In this document: piece by piece, positions 1 to 10,235 of the stretch
How the letters are laid out: each line of letters opens with the position of its first letter
Numbering within the stretch: the stretch's first letter is position 1
Origin: Desulfotalea psychrophila LSv54
GTDB taxonomy: Bacteria > Desulfobacterota > Desulfobulbia > Desulfobulbales > Desulfocapsaceae
Direction of reading: 5' to 3'
DNA: 32,000 nucleotides
NCBI RefSeq assembly: GCF_000025945.1
Contig: NC_006138.1
Location: forward strand, 720,001 to 752,000
The notes under the pieces: generated by a model
The model's database searches: none
What the model was told of the DNA's origin: nothing
Seen by the model: the letters and a program-made list of their open reading frames with translations, nothing else
Made by a program: the position numbers and the translations under genes

Positions 1-827
1 GCGGCCATGGGGGCATCACTCTTTGGCTTTTCCCGTCGATATGCTCTATAGAGGTATCTATCATTAAATTCTATAGACTCTCCGTGTCTGTATGTCTTGG
101 TAAAGGCCCTTATCCTTTTCTTGTAAAATTCATTAAGGTGATCTATCCCACCGGGAACATTATTGGCGAGCATGTTATCAATTATCACCACCGAATTATA
201 GAGGTTAACCGGGGGATTGATAAGTAATACCTTGCTGAAGTTAAAGGACTTCTCTCTCTCGTCCATATGGGAGAGGAACACCGATTGAGCGGCACCCAGG
301 CTATATCCGGCAAGATAGAACTCCGTCACCTTCATATTTTTTTCTACTTTTTGCCAGATTGCCCGCATGACTCGGTAAAGATCAGCCGAATCCTCTTTCA
401 GGTTACCGGGGACACTACTGGTGGAAGCAGAAACTATAAAATCGGTAAAGCTGGGCGAAGAGAGAGAGATGACATGGTAACCGGCCTGGTAGAAGGCCCC
501 CTGCATAATTTTCATTTTGGGACTTTGAAAACTCGCGCCCGTTCCTGCGATTAAAAAGATAAGGGGGGCCGGACATTTCTGGGCTTGATAGGAGTAGTTT
601 AACTCAGCCATGTTCCAGAGCACTCCCGGCACCTTTCGCTCAGGAAATATTACAATTGATTCGAGTTTGGTGGGAAGTTCCTTGGGCAGTACTGCGGCAA
701 ACTCGTCAGGCGTGTTGAGTACCGTTGCCACATATGGATCTTTAAATGGATAATCATAGGCATTTGCCATAGTGCTACTGAGCAGTAACAGGCAAAGCCA
801 GGTACTCAATATTCGATTGATCAGCAT
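1..827 (-). CDS. Secreted or membrane-anchored alpha/beta-hydrolase (serine esterase-like), C-terminus cut by window edge
   Basis: Manual reverse-strand translation from ATG at 827 (SD-like GAGGGAGG upstream) is open to position 1: MLINRILSTWLCLLLLSSTMANAYDYPFKDPYVATVLN...; signal-peptide-like N-terminus and nucleophile-elbow motif GYSLGA. Not in the supplied ORF track because it lacks an in-window stop. Confidence 0.75.
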   Translation of the reverse strand, partial: MLINRILSTWLCLLLLSSTMANAYDYPFKDPYVATVLNTPDEFAAVLPKELPTKLESIVIFPERKVPGVLWNMAELNYSYQAQKCPAPLIFLIAGTGASFQSPKMKIMQGAFYQAGYHVISLSSPSFTDFIVSASTSSVPGNLKEDSADLYRVMRAIWQKVEKNMKVTEFYLAGYSLGAAQSVFLSHMDEREKSFNFSKVLLINPPVNLYNSVVIIDNMLANNVPGGIDHLNEFYKKRIRAFTKTYRHGESIEFNDRYLYRAYRREKPKSDAPMA

Positions 828-1190
828 CTTTCCTCCCTCAATATAAATTACCATTTACCCAGAGGTCGCTCATATGCTTCCTCTAATCTGGGGGTATGCC
901 CTTTAACATTTGCCATAGAGATAGCTGAAATTTTCAGGTGGGAATAGCGCAGGGGAAAAACAGACGAGCAACCCTTGGTTGGCTATTAGTATTTTATTTC
1001 ATGAAAATCAGTGGCTAAGGTGAGAATATCACAGCAGACATAGTTTGGGCAAAAAAAATCAGCCATTATCGATACGCAGTGCTTGACGATTTTCTCTGAA
1101 TTAATAATCAACAGCCTTGATTTAAGGCCGTATCCTGATGTGGTAAGGATGGATTTTATGGAGGAGTAAGGGGGGGGTACTTGAAACGAA

Positions 1191-1227
1191 AAAAGGGAAT
1201 TAAAGCATAAGCTTTAATTCCCTTTTT
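1191..1227. terminator. Bidirectional intrinsic terminator hairpin
   Basis: AAAAGGGAATTAAAGC-ATAA-GCTTTAATTCCCTTTT perfect stem with A/T tracts on both sides, directly downstream of the minus-strand tRNA genes. Confidence 0.8.
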
Positions 1228-1233
1228 ATTCGA

Positions 1234-1311
1234 TGGTCGGGGCGGTAGGATTCGAACCTACGGCCTCCTGCTCCCAAGGCAGGCGCGCTAACCAGGCTGC
1301 GCTACGCCCCG
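1234..1311 (-). tRNA. tRNA-Pro(GGG)
   Basis: Reverse complement CGGGGCGTAGCGCAGCCTGGTTAGCGCGCCTGCCTTGGGAGCAGGAGG...GGTTCGAATCCTACCGCCCCGACCA; cloverleaf with anticodon GGG and encoded CCA. Confidence 0.95.
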
Positions 1312-1348
1312 ACTATATAAAGTTTCAAATAAATGAAACGAATGTACT

Positions 1349-1424
1349 TGGCTCCCCGGGACGGATTCGAACCGCCGACAAGGTGATTAACAGTCACCCG
1401 CTCTACCAACTGAGCTACCGAGGA
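1349..1424 (-). tRNA. tRNA-Asn(GTT)
   Basis: Reverse complement TCCTCGGTAGCTCAGTTGGTAGAGCGGGTGACTGTTAATCAC...GGTTCGAATCCGTCCCGGGGAGCCA; anticodon GTT, encoded CCA. Confidence 0.95.
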
Positions 1425-1621
1425 ACACAGAAGCATTAAGAGGTTGTTGTTATCAACCGTGCTCCGTATGGGGCGAGAATATACGGTAATCGGGTCCTGC
1501 TGTCAACACCTTTCTGTATGTTTTTTTCTGTTAAAAGGAAAAAACATAAAGACCAAGAAACACATGCTCTTTTTCTCCTTGAAATAGGGTTTTTTTTTGT
1601 TTTCCTAGCCTGTAATCTTTT

Positions 1622-2371
1622 TTACTTGTCGATGGCAAGTGCTGCCCAACTTTGACAGACAGGCATGATTTCTATAGAGTTAATATTTACATGGGCGGGT
1701 CGACTGGCAGACCAGAAAATAGTTTCCGCAATATCCGTGGCTGAGAGGTTTTCATGACCAGCATAAACACTACTGGCTCGTTTTTCGTCACCTGAAAAGC
1801 GAACAGCGGAGAATTCTGTTTCGGCAAGGCCTGGTTCTATATTGGTTACTCTAATGCCTGTTCCTGCGACATCGCAACGGAGATTACGGGAAAATTGGGC
1901 GACAAAGGCCTTGGAGGCACCATAGGTGTTTCCTCCTGGATAGGGATAGCTACCTGCCACCGAGCCAATATTGATAATATGACCGGTTCTATTTTTCATC
2001 ATCTGCGGTAAAATAAGGCGAGTCATATAGAGAAGACCGCTAATATTAGTATTGATCATTGTCTGCCAATGATCTAAGTCTGCTTTATCTGAGCCCTCCA
2101 GGCCGAGGGCAAGGCCAGCATTGTTAACAAGTATATCAATCTGGGAAAATTGTTGAGGAATATTGCTCACAAAATCTTCCACCTCATCTCGCACAGAAAT
2201 ATCAAACTGGGCGATATGAACGGGAACATTTTCCAGTTCTTTTTGTATTGTTTCGAGTCGATCCTGGCGTCTACCGCAGAGAATTAACTGCCAGTTGTGA
2301 GCTGCAAAAAGTTTTGCTGTTGCCTTGCCAAATCCAGATGTTGCTCCTGTTATTAGAATAGTTTTTTGCAT
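1622..2371 (-). CDS. Short-chain dehydrogenase/reductase, YdfG-like
   Basis: TGATSGFG cofactor motif, NNAG, YGASK catalytic motif (YxxxK). Confidence 0.9.
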   Translation of the reverse strand: MQKTILITGATSGFGKATAKLFAAHNWQLILCGRRQDRLETIQKELENVPVHIAQFDISVRDEVEDFVSNIPQQFSQIDILVNNAGLALGLEGSDKADLDHWQTMINTNISGLLYMTRLILPQMMKNRTGHIINIGSVAGSYPYPGGNTYGASKAFVAQFSRNLRCDVAGTGIRVTNIEPGLAETEFSAVRFSGDEKRASSVYAGHENLSATDIAETIFWSASRPAHVNINSIEIMPVCQSWAALAIDK

Positions 2372-2668
2372 ATGGGGCCTCTCTTTATAGGGTTTCGTAA
2401 AAAACTGTAAAGAATTATTTTACAGTAACTATAGGGGTATGCAGGGAAGTATAGTATATAATTAATGAAAAAATGAATTAAATGTTGCATGCGTATTTTT
2501 CATGACTGTTGTCATGGATTGTAAGGAGTGATATGCAGAAGTTAGAAAAGACCGTAATCTGCAGAAGGCAGTGTTGTTTTCTTGCAAGATTAATCAACTA
2601 CTGTACTTTGATAAACAGAGACAGAAAGCGGTTATTAAATCCATATTAAAGTTTTTTAAGAGAACATT

Positions 2669-4774
2669 ATGCTGGAACATCTTTTTTCCCCAAACAAAAT
2701 AGCTGTTATTGGTGCATCACGACAGGTCGGTGCTGTAGGGCATGACATTGTTAAAAACCTTATTGAAGGAGGTTTTGCAGGTGAAATTATTCCGGTGAAC
2801 CCTGCCGGAGGTACTTTGCTGGGTTTGCCTGTTTACACAAGCCTTAAGGAGTATAAAGAATCTCTTGATATGGCTATTATTGCTGTAAACAAGGATCTTA
2901 TTATTGATGTTGTTCAGGATGCGCTGAGCAAGAGATGCACAACTATAGTTGCCATTGGTGCAGGTTTTAAAGAGAGTGGTGACGAGGGTGCCATGCTTGA
3001 GCAGGAGGTTTTGACCCTGTGCAAGCGATCCGGTGCGCGCTTACTCGGACCAAACTGTCTTGGTTTTATTAACACCGAATTGAAGATAAATGCATCCTTT
3101 GCCGGGCCAATGCCTCGCAAAGGTGGAATTAGTATTTTTTCTCAATCAGGTGCCCTTGCTACGGCGATGCTTGACCAGGCAGAGCAACGCGGTCTTGGTG
3201 TTTCTAAGCTTATCAGTGTTGGTAATAAGGCCGATATTACAGAAAACGATTTGCTCAGTTATTTTGCCGCAGATTCGTCTACAAAGGTTGTTGCTGGCTA
3301 TTTAGAGAATATTGTTAATGGTAATAATTTTCTTAAACATGCCACTCATATATCACGTAAAAAGCCTGTTATTCTTTTAAAATCAGGAACAAGTGAAGCG
3401 GGACAAAAATCGGCTACCAGTCATACCGGTGCCTTTACTGGTACTGACACTGCCTATGGTGCTGCCTTTAAACGGGCCGGAATTGTTCGAGCCGATAACT
3501 TTGATGACCTCTTTGATTGCACCATGGCTTTTTCTAATCAGCCTCTGCCGAAGGGTAATCGGGTACTTATTATCAGTAATGCCGGTGGAACAGGGACAAT
3601 TGCTGCCGATGCTGTGGAACATACAGGCTTTAAGGTAGCTGAACCACCGAGTAATAAAACCAACTCTCTCCGTGGTAGAAAACCCATTTATTCGGATATT
3701 GAAAGTCCTGTTTATGTTTTGGGTGATGCCCCGGCGGCTCTCTATGTTGAGGCTATATCAACAGCTCAAGAGGATAGTAATGTTGACGCTATTGTTCTTG
3801 TCTTAACCCCGGCAGCAATGACCGAGGCGAAAGCTGTACTTCTTGGTATTGCTGAAGTTTTGGATGGTAGCAAACCTCTTCTCTGTTGTCTGATGGGTGG
3901 TGGGGCATATGTTCCTCCTATGCATGAGCTCGTTGATGCAGGCCTGGCTATTTTCCCGACTCCTGAACGAGCAGTCGCAGCCTTTTCTGCAATGTATAAC
4001 CATGCCAGTTGGCGTTCTCTCCCCCCTCGAATTGTTACTCGTTTTCGGGTGAATCGTCGTCGTGCCGGTCGTATAATTCAGCGTAGTCAGGCCAGCGGAG
4101 TTCGTCGTTTGGGCGAGGTAAGGGCTAAGAAAATACTTGATGCCTATGGTTTCAATGTACCAGAGGGCTATCTTGTTGATTCAGCAGATGAGGCCGTGGA
4201 GTATGCGCGCAGGATTGGTTTTCCCGTGGCCCTAAAGGTTGTTTCTCCCGACATTGTTCATAAAACAGATATGGGTGGAGTATGTCTGAATCTTACCAAT
4301 GCTCAGCAGGTACAGGATGGTTATGATCTGATGAAGCTGCGGATTAAGCAGCAGCTACCTAATGCCAGAATTCAAGGTGTTTATGTTGAGAAGATGGCTG
4401 ATCCGGGACTTGAGGTTATTATCGGTATGAACCGGGATCCACAGTTTGGACCTATGTTGATGTTTGGCCTTGGTGGTATTTTTGTTGAGGTGATGAAGGA
4501 TGTCACCTTTCATCTGGCGCCTATAACCCAGGATGAGGCAATTCAGATGCTTAAAGCCACTCGCTCTTACCAAATTATGGAAGGACGGCGCGGTAATAAG
4601 GCTGTTGATATTGTGGCAATTGCAAACGGTCTTCAGAGAATTAGTCAGCTGGCAACGGATTATCCGCAGATAGTGGAACTTGATATTAATCCTTTTATTG
4701 TCGGTGAGGTGGGAAGTGATCCAATTGTTGCAGATGCATGTATCACCCTCGAAATTCCGGAAGAGACTCTTTAA
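2669..4774 (+). CDS. NDP(ADP)-forming acyl/acetyl-CoA synthetase (CoA-binding + ATP-grasp domains)
   Basis: 701 aa; N-terminal CoA-binding domain (IAVIGASRQVGAVG), CoA ligase region (GPNCLGF, SQSGALA), C-terminal ATP-grasp (GFPVALKVVSPDIVHKTDMGGV, LDINPF). Confidence 0.9.
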   Translation: MLEHLFSPNKIAVIGASRQVGAVGHDIVKNLIEGGFAGEIIPVNPAGGTLLGLPVYTSLKEYKESLDMAIIAVNKDLIIDVVQDALSKRCTTIVAIGAGFKESGDEGAMLEQEVLTLCKRSGARLLGPNCLGFINTELKINASFAGPMPRKGGISIFSQSGALATAMLDQAEQRGLGVSKLISVGNKADITENDLLSYFAADSSTKVVAGYLENIVNGNNFLKHATHISRKKPVILLKSGTSEAGQKSATSHTGAFTGTDTAYGAAFKRAGIVRADNFDDLFDCTMAFSNQPLPKGNRVLIISNAGGTGTIAADAVEHTGFKVAEPPSNKTNSLRGRKPIYSDIESPVYVLGDAPAALYVEAISTAQEDSNVDAIVLVLTPAAMTEAKAVLLGIAEVLDGSKPLLCCLMGGGAYVPPMHELVDAGLAIFPTPERAVAAFSAMYNHASWRSLPPRIVTRFRVNRRRAGRIIQRSQASGVRRLGEVRAKKILDAYGFNVPEGYLVDSADEAVEYARRIGFPVALKVVSPDIVHKTDMGGVCLNLTNAQQVQDGYDLMKLRIKQQLPNARIQGVYVEKMADPGLEVIIGMNRDPQFGPMLMFGLGGIFVEVMKDVTFHLAPITQDEAIQMLKATRSYQIMEGRRGNKAVDIVAIANGLQRISQLATDYPQIVELDINPFIVGEVGSDPIVADACITLEIPEETL

Positions 4775-4795
4775 ATTGAATATGCGGATCATAAG

Positions 4796-6685
4796 GTGAT
4801 GATCATGGACTATGATGTAAATTGGCGAAATAACTATAAAGAAATGGTTAGCACAGCAAAACGTGCTGTGAAGCAGATTCGTTCTGGACAGCGAGTTTTT
4901 ATCGGCACCGGTTGTGGAGAACCAACCGAGCTGGTAAGCGCGATGACCAAACGTGCCGGAGAACTTGCCGATGTGGAGATTATTCAACTCTTCACTAAAG
5001 GAAGTGCCCCCTATGCCCAGCAGAAATTTGCTAACAGCTTTCGTATAAATGCCTTCTTTATTGGGCAAAAGGTGCGTGATGCCATACGTAAAGGGGTGGG
5101 TAGTTATACCCCGGTTCTGCTCTCCAATGTACCAAACCTATTTAATTCAGGACAGATTCCCATTGATGTTGCCCTTATTCAGGTAACACGACCCAATGCC
5201 GCCGGTAAGGTGAGTCTTGGTGTTTCTGTGGATATTGTTCGCAGTGCAATTGATAATGCCTCACTGATCGTTGCCCAGGTAAATCCCAATATGCCATGGA
5301 CAGGAAGTGACAGTGTTATTGATATTCATGATTTGGATATTCTGGTACCGGTGGATGTGCCACTGCTTGAGCATATTTTGCCTGAACCTCATGAGGTGAG
5401 TCGTAAGATTGGTAAAAATGTAGCGGCCCTTGTTCCTGATGGAGCAACCCTGCAGATGGGAATGGGTAGGCTTCAGGAGTACGGTCGCATTCCCTATGCC
5501 GTTGTTGAGTTTTTAAAGAATAAGAAAAATCTTGGTATTCATACCGAGATGATAACGGATAATATCATTGAGTTGATTGAATCCGGAGCCGTCACTGGTA
5601 GCCGTAAGAGTCGTGACCGGGGTAAGATTGTTACCAGTCTCTGTATGGGAACCAAGAAGCTCTATGATTATATAGATGATAATCCTCTTTTTTGTTTCAG
5701 ACCTACGGAATACGTGAACGATTCTATTGTCATTAGCGAACAGACAAAGATGATTGCTATTAATATGGCCCAAGAGGTGGATCTGACAGGTCAGGTTTCT
5801 TCGGACTCCATTGAGGGGATTCTCTACTCTGGTATTGGTGGTTTGGTTGATTTTAACCGTGGCGCAGCCAGGTCCAAGCAGGGTAAAACCATCATCTGTA
5901 TTCCTTCAACCAATCCTGAGGGGACGAAATCGAATATTTTATCTGGCCTTAAGTCAGGTGCAGGGGTTGTTATTACTCGGGGTACGGTGCACTATATCGC
6001 TACGGAGTATGGTGTTGCCTATCTCTATGGTAAGTCTATTCAGGAACGGGCCATTGCCCTGATTTCCATAGCCCATCCGGCTTTTCGTGAGCAGCTCTTT
6101 AATGAAGCGGTGCAGGCGCACTATATTCATCCGGAGTTGGCAGGATTTGAAGATAAGTTTATCGTTTCAGCTGATGATTCGATGCGCACCTCTATGCTGC
6201 TCAACGATGGCACTCAGATTAACTTTAGATCCATCCTGCCCACCGATGAGCCTTTGATGCGTGAGCTGGTATATACCCTCTCCAAGGAGACGGTATACTA
6301 TCGTTTTATGAATCATCAGGCGAACTTCACCCATAGGCAGATTCAGGATTTTGTTTATATTGATCACCGTAAAGATGTGGCTATTGTTGGTGTTGTCCCC
6401 GAGGCTCATGGGGAGGATATTGTTGCCGTTGGTCGTTATTATCTTGATACCGAGACGAATCGGGCTGAGATAGCCTTTGTGGTTCATGATAAATGGCAGA
6501 ATAAAAGTTTAGGTTCTTTTCTCTTTAAGTTCCTGGCTGATATCGCGAAGCGAAATGGCATCACAGGTTTTACTGCAGAGGTATTACGGGAAAACCAGAG
6601 AATGCAGACTATTTTCAATCACTCAGGACATAAGGTAACTACTTGCTTGGAAGAGGGCGTTTATAGTTATGTTATTGATTTTTAA
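4796..6685 (+). CDS. Acetyl-CoA hydrolase/CoA-transferase family protein fused to a C-terminal GNAT acetyltransferase domain
   Basis: 629 aa; CoA-transferase family motifs (RSGQRVFIGTGCGEP, GIGGLVDFNRGA, ITRGTVHYIATEYGVAYLYGKSIQERA), then a GNAT-like C-terminus (DVAIVGVVP...AEIAFVVHDKWQNKSLGSFLFKFLADIAKRNGITGFTAEVLRENQRMQTIF). Confidence 0.85.
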   Translation: MMIMDYDVNWRNNYKEMVSTAKRAVKQIRSGQRVFIGTGCGEPTELVSAMTKRAGELADVEIIQLFTKGSAPYAQQKFANSFRINAFFIGQKVRDAIRKGVGSYTPVLLSNVPNLFNSGQIPIDVALIQVTRPNAAGKVSLGVSVDIVRSAIDNASLIVAQVNPNMPWTGSDSVIDIHDLDILVPVDVPLLEHILPEPHEVSRKIGKNVAALVPDGATLQMGMGRLQEYGRIPYAVVEFLKNKKNLGIHTEMITDNIIELIESGAVTGSRKSRDRGKIVTSLCMGTKKLYDYIDDNPLFCFRPTEYVNDSIVISEQTKMIAINMAQEVDLTGQVSSDSIEGILYSGIGGLVDFNRGAARSKQGKTIICIPSTNPEGTKSNILSGLKSGAGVVITRGTVHYIATEYGVAYLYGKSIQERAIALISIAHPAFREQLFNEAVQAHYIHPELAGFEDKFIVSADDSMRTSMLLNDGTQINFRSILPTDEPLMRELVYTLSKETVYYRFMNHQANFTHRQIQDFVYIDHRKDVAIVGVVPEAHGEDIVAVGRYYLDTETNRAEIAFVVHDKWQNKSLGSFLFKFLADIAKRNGITGFTAEVLRENQRMQTIFNHSGHKVTTCLEEGVYSYVIDF

Positions 6686-6804
6686 ATTTTTTTAAATGTT
6701 TTCATTTTAGAAAAATGAATAAGTTTGTTAGAGGCTTGCTGTCTCTGGCAAACTTATTTTTTTATAATCCGCACCTGTGTTTGATTTAAATGATGAGGAA
6801 TTTG

Positions 6805-8388
6805 ATGCGAATTGAAATATACGATACAACCCTACGTGATGGAACCCAGGCTGAAAATTTTAATATTTCTGTCGACGATAAGTTACGCATCGCCCAGGAA
6901 CTTGATACTCTGGGTGTTGATTTTATCGAGGGTGGTTGGCCGGGGTCTAATCCAGTGACCATCGAATTTTTTAATCGTATTGGAGAGATAGATCTTAAGC
7001 ATAGCAAGATTGTTGCCTTTGGTTCTACCCGGCATATAAAAAACAGGCCGGAAGAAGATGCAAATCTGCAGGCCCTGCTTGCTGCCAAGACACCTGCCAT
7101 TATCATCTTTGGGAAAAGTTGGGATATCCATGCAACGGATGCCCTCAATATTAGCCTGGAAGAGAATCTGCAAATTATCGAGGATAGTCTTGCCTATCTA
7201 CGCCCTCATGTAGAGCATCTCTTCTATGATGCGGAACATTTTTTTGATGGTTTCAAGAATAATGAAGAGTATGCCCTTAAAACTGTGGCAAGTGCCATTG
7301 CCGGTGGTGCTGAGCGCATTGTCCTCTGTGATACCAATGGTGGAACCCTGCCCCATGAAATCCCTCCCATTATCAAGCGGGTAAAAGAGTTTGTTGCCGG
7401 TTTGAGTGAGACAGTTGGTCTTGGTATTCATCCTCACAATGATTCAGACTCAGCGGTAGCCAATGCTCTGATGGCCGCATCCTCGGGGGTAGAGCAGATT
7501 CAGGGGACTATGAATGGTTTTGGTGAGCGCTGCGGAAATGCGAATCTGACCTCAATTATACCCGCCCTAGTCTTTAAGATGGGTTTTGACTGTGGGGTAA
7601 AAGAGCACATAAGTCGACTCTATGGTTGTTCACGTTTGGTGACTGAACTGGCCAACCTTCCCCATAACCACTATCAACCCTATGTGGGTAAGTCTGCCTT
7701 TGCTCATAAGGGGGGCATCCATGTCAGTGCCGTTAAGCGTAATCCACTTACCTATGAGCATATTGCTCCGGAGCTGGTGGGCAATAGCAGAAGGATTTTG
7801 CTCTCGGATCAGGCGGGCCGGGCCAATATTCTCTTTAAGGCCAAGGAGTGGGGAATTCACATTCGTCCGGATGATCCTATCTTGCCGGCCATTATCAAGG
7901 AGCTTAAGGAACTTGAGAACCTTGGCTATCAGTATGAGGCTGCAGAGGCAAGTTTTGAGCTTATTATGCGCAAGCTTTTGGGCTTGAGGAGAAACTATTT
8001 TTCCTTTCAGGGCTTTCGGGTAACGGATAATAAGTATCGCATGGATAAGCCACCTCTCACCGAGGCAACTATTCGTCTCTCTGTGGGGGGGGTGGAGGTA
8101 CATACTGCCGCTGGTGGCGATGGCCCGGTAAATGCCCTTGATTCTGCAATCCGTAAGGCGCTTATACGATTTTATCCCATCCTGGAAGAGATGGAGCTTG
8201 TCGATTTTAAGGTGCGGGTTCTTTCAGGAGAGTATGGAACAGAGGCCAAGGTACGTGTTCTTATCGAGAGCCGTGATGGTGAGGAGAGTTGGGGTACGGT
8301 CGGCGTTTCGGTTAACATAATAGAGGCAAGTTGGCAGGCCCTTATCGACTCTATTACCTATAAATTAATGAAAGAAGAAAAGAAGTAG
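6805..8388 (+). CDS. cimA: (R)-citramalate synthase
   Basis: MRIEIYDTTLRDGTQAENFNISVDDKLRIA..., HMGL-like/DRE-TIM domain (LRDGxQ) plus C-terminal LeuA allosteric domain; ATG at 6805 has the SD-like GATGAGGA upstream (listed ORF starts at 6790). Confidence 0.9.
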   Translation: MRIEIYDTTLRDGTQAENFNISVDDKLRIAQELDTLGVDFIEGGWPGSNPVTIEFFNRIGEIDLKHSKIVAFGSTRHIKNRPEEDANLQALLAAKTPAIIIFGKSWDIHATDALNISLEENLQIIEDSLAYLRPHVEHLFYDAEHFFDGFKNNEEYALKTVASAIAGGAERIVLCDTNGGTLPHEIPPIIKRVKEFVAGLSETVGLGIHPHNDSDSAVANALMAASSGVEQIQGTMNGFGERCGNANLTSIIPALVFKMGFDCGVKEHISRLYGCSRLVTELANLPHNHYQPYVGKSAFAHKGGIHVSAVKRNPLTYEHIAPELVGNSRRILLSDQAGRANILFKAKEWGIHIRPDDPILPAIIKELKELENLGYQYEAAEASFELIMRKLLGLRRNYFSFQGFRVTDNKYRMDKPPLTEATIRLSVGGVEVHTAAGGDGPVNALDSAIRKALIRFYPILEEMELVDFKVRVLSGEYGTEAKVRVLIESRDGEESWGTVGVSVNIIEASWQALIDSITYKLMKEEKK

Positions 8389-8420
8389 CAGGATGGCTAC
8401 TTGGTAAAGATAGCAAAAAA

Positions 8421-8448
8421 AGGATAACCCGATATCTCGGGTTATCCT
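8421..8448. terminator. Hairpin after cimA; better U-tract on the minus strand
   Basis: AGGATAACCCGA-TATC-TCGGGTTATCCT; preceded by A-run, so T-run lies on the minus strand. Confidence 0.5.
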
Positions 8449-8671
8449 CCTTCCCCCCCTCCTCAAAAAATTACCTCTCAAAAAATTCGAAGACTATAGT
8501 CCCTATCGCTACAGGATAGTTTTATCCCCTCTTGGCAAAAGAGGAGGAAAAAATTAATGCCTTCCTTTATAAGGCAATGAGTTTGCGTTATTCTCTGTGG
8601 AAGTGGTGGGGCTCTATGGTATTATATGGCATGGCTTAAAATAAGAATAATGATGGTTAAGAGGAGGATCT

Positions 8672-9649
8672 ATGAAACCCCCAGTACGAGTTGCTATTAC
8701 CGGTGCAGCCGGCCACGTTAGTTATTCTCTTATCTTTCGTATTGCAGCAGGTCATATGCTTGGTAAAGACCAGCCTGTAATTCTTCAACTCCTGGAGATC
8801 CCTCAGGCAATGGATGTATTGAAGGGTGTGGTCCTGGAACTTGAAGACTGTGCCTTTCCCCTGCTGCACGGTCTTGTCTGTTCCGATGATGTTCATGTGG
8901 CCTTTAAGGATGCAGACTATGCTATTTTGGTGGGTGCTCGTCCCCGTGGCCCAGGGATGGAGCGTTCTGATCTGATTCAGGCCAACGGACCTATTTTTAC
9001 AACCCAGGGTGAGGCCCTGAGTGCCGAGGCAAATCCCGAGGTAAAGGTACTTGTTGTTGGCAATCCTGCTAATACCAATGCCCTTATTCTGCTCAAGAAC
9101 GCGCCCTATATAAATCCTCGTAATATAACAGCTATGATGCGCCTGGATCACAATAGAGCCTTATTTCAGGTTGCCAAGAAAATGGGCTGTCACTGCAGTG
9201 ATGTTGAAAAGATGGTTGTTTGGGGAAATCACTCTGCGAGCCAATTCCCAGATATAAGCTATGCTGAAATTGCAGGTGAGAAGGTTGCTAAAGGTGTTGA
9301 GAATAATTGGCATGGTGATAATCTTATTCCGATAATTCAACAACGTGGAGCTGCTGTTATAAAGGCTCGTGGAGCTTCCAGCGCTGCCTCTGCTGCCTCT
9401 GCTGCTATTGATCATATGAGAAACTGGGTGCTTGGTTCCGGTGGTAAATGGGTAAGTATGGGGGTTTATAGCAGGGGCAACAGCTATGGCCTTGATGAAG
9501 ATATAATGTTTAGCTTGCCCGTTATCTGTGAAGACGGTGACTGGCGGGAGGTAGCAGGTCTTGAACTCTCCTCTTTTCAACGGGCGATGCTAGAGGCAAC
9601 GGAGGCTGAACTTCAGGCTGAACGGGAGGCTGTTGCCGATATAATTTAG
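8672..9649 (+). CDS. mdh: Malate dehydrogenase (NAD-dependent)
   Basis: [71 protein letters not shown] motifs. Confidence 0.95.
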   Translation: MKPPVRVAITGAAGHVSYSLIFRIAAGHMLGKDQPVILQLLEIPQAMDVLKGVVLELEDCAFPLLHGLVCSDDVHVAFKDADYAILVGARPRGPGMERSDLIQANGPIFTTQGEALSAEANPEVKVLVVGNPANTNALILLKNAPYINPRNITAMMRLDHNRALFQVAKKMGCHCSDVEKMVVWGNHSASQFPDISYAEIAGEKVAKGVENNWHGDNLIPIIQQRGAAVIKARGASSAASAASAAIDHMRNWVLGSGGKWVSMGVYSRGNSYGLDEDIMFSLPVICEDGDWREVAGLELSSFQRAMLEATEAELQAEREAVADII

Positions 9650-9672
9650 TAGTCTTCTCTTAAGCAGAGAAA

Positions 9673-9710
9673 AAAGGTCCCATCCCACAGAGTGGGATGG
9701 GACCTTTCTC
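9673..9710. terminator. Intrinsic terminator between convergent mdh and DUF1456 gene
   Basis: AAAGGTCCCATCCCAC-AGA-GTGGGATGGGACCTTT followed by CTCTTTCTT. Confidence 0.8.
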
Positions 9711-9746
9711 TTTCTTATGCTCTATGAAAGGTAAGCAGTCCAGTTC

Positions 9747-10235
9747 TTAGGTGGTGGGGCGGTGTCGTAGCTGTAATCCGACTAAAAAATTGCGTAAAAC
9801 CTGGTCACCACACTCTCGGTAGTGTTTATGGTCCGCCTTACGAAAAAGGGCACTGAGTTCATGCTTGCTAATATTGAACTCTGCCAGGGCCATAATCTCT
9901 ATCACATCCTCGGCCTTGAGGTTGAGGGCTATCTTCAGTTTCATGAAGATGGCGTTATTGTTTAAACGTTTTTCTATCTCTGGCTGTGCACCCTCTTTTT
10001 TTCCCCTTCTATAGTTGATAAAGCCATTAAGAAAGGCTGCCATCTCCCTGTCTTTACACTTTTTGAAGGCGGTGTCGTCATCTTTTAATAACCAACTGTG
10101 TATATCTTCTCGTGTTGTTACGAAGTCGGCTGCAGAAAAAATTTCTACCATTTTGGGGTCACTAAAATCAAAGGTGTAGCGAATTCGACGTAATATATCG
10201 TTGTTTGTCATAGGATTATTTTGGTTGAGTTGCAA
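9747..10235 (-). CDS. DUF1456 family protein (YehS-like)
   Basis: Duplicated helical pattern: NDILRRIRYTFDFSD...FLNGFINYRRGKKEG and LKIALNLKAEDVIEIM...HKHYRECGDQVLRNFLVGL, resembling E. coli YehS. Confidence 0.85.
   Translation of the reverse strand: MQLNQNNPMTNNDILRRIRYTFDFSDPKMVEIFSAADFVTTREDIHSWLLKDDDTAFKKCKDREMAAFLNGFINYRRGKKEGAQPEIEKRLNNNAIFMKLKIALNLKAEDVIEIMALAEFNISKHELSALFRKADHKHYRECGDQVLRNFLVGLQLRHRPTT

Noticed and set aside
1233-1439. Plus-strand ORF MVGAVGFEPTASCSQGRRANQAALRP...
   Set aside because: It is the antisense translation of the two tRNA genes, a well-known spurious protein pattern.
4355-5068. 237-aa minus-strand ORF
   Set aside because: Antisense to two well-supported plus-strand genes (acyl-CoA synthetase and CoA-transferase); no recognisable domain.
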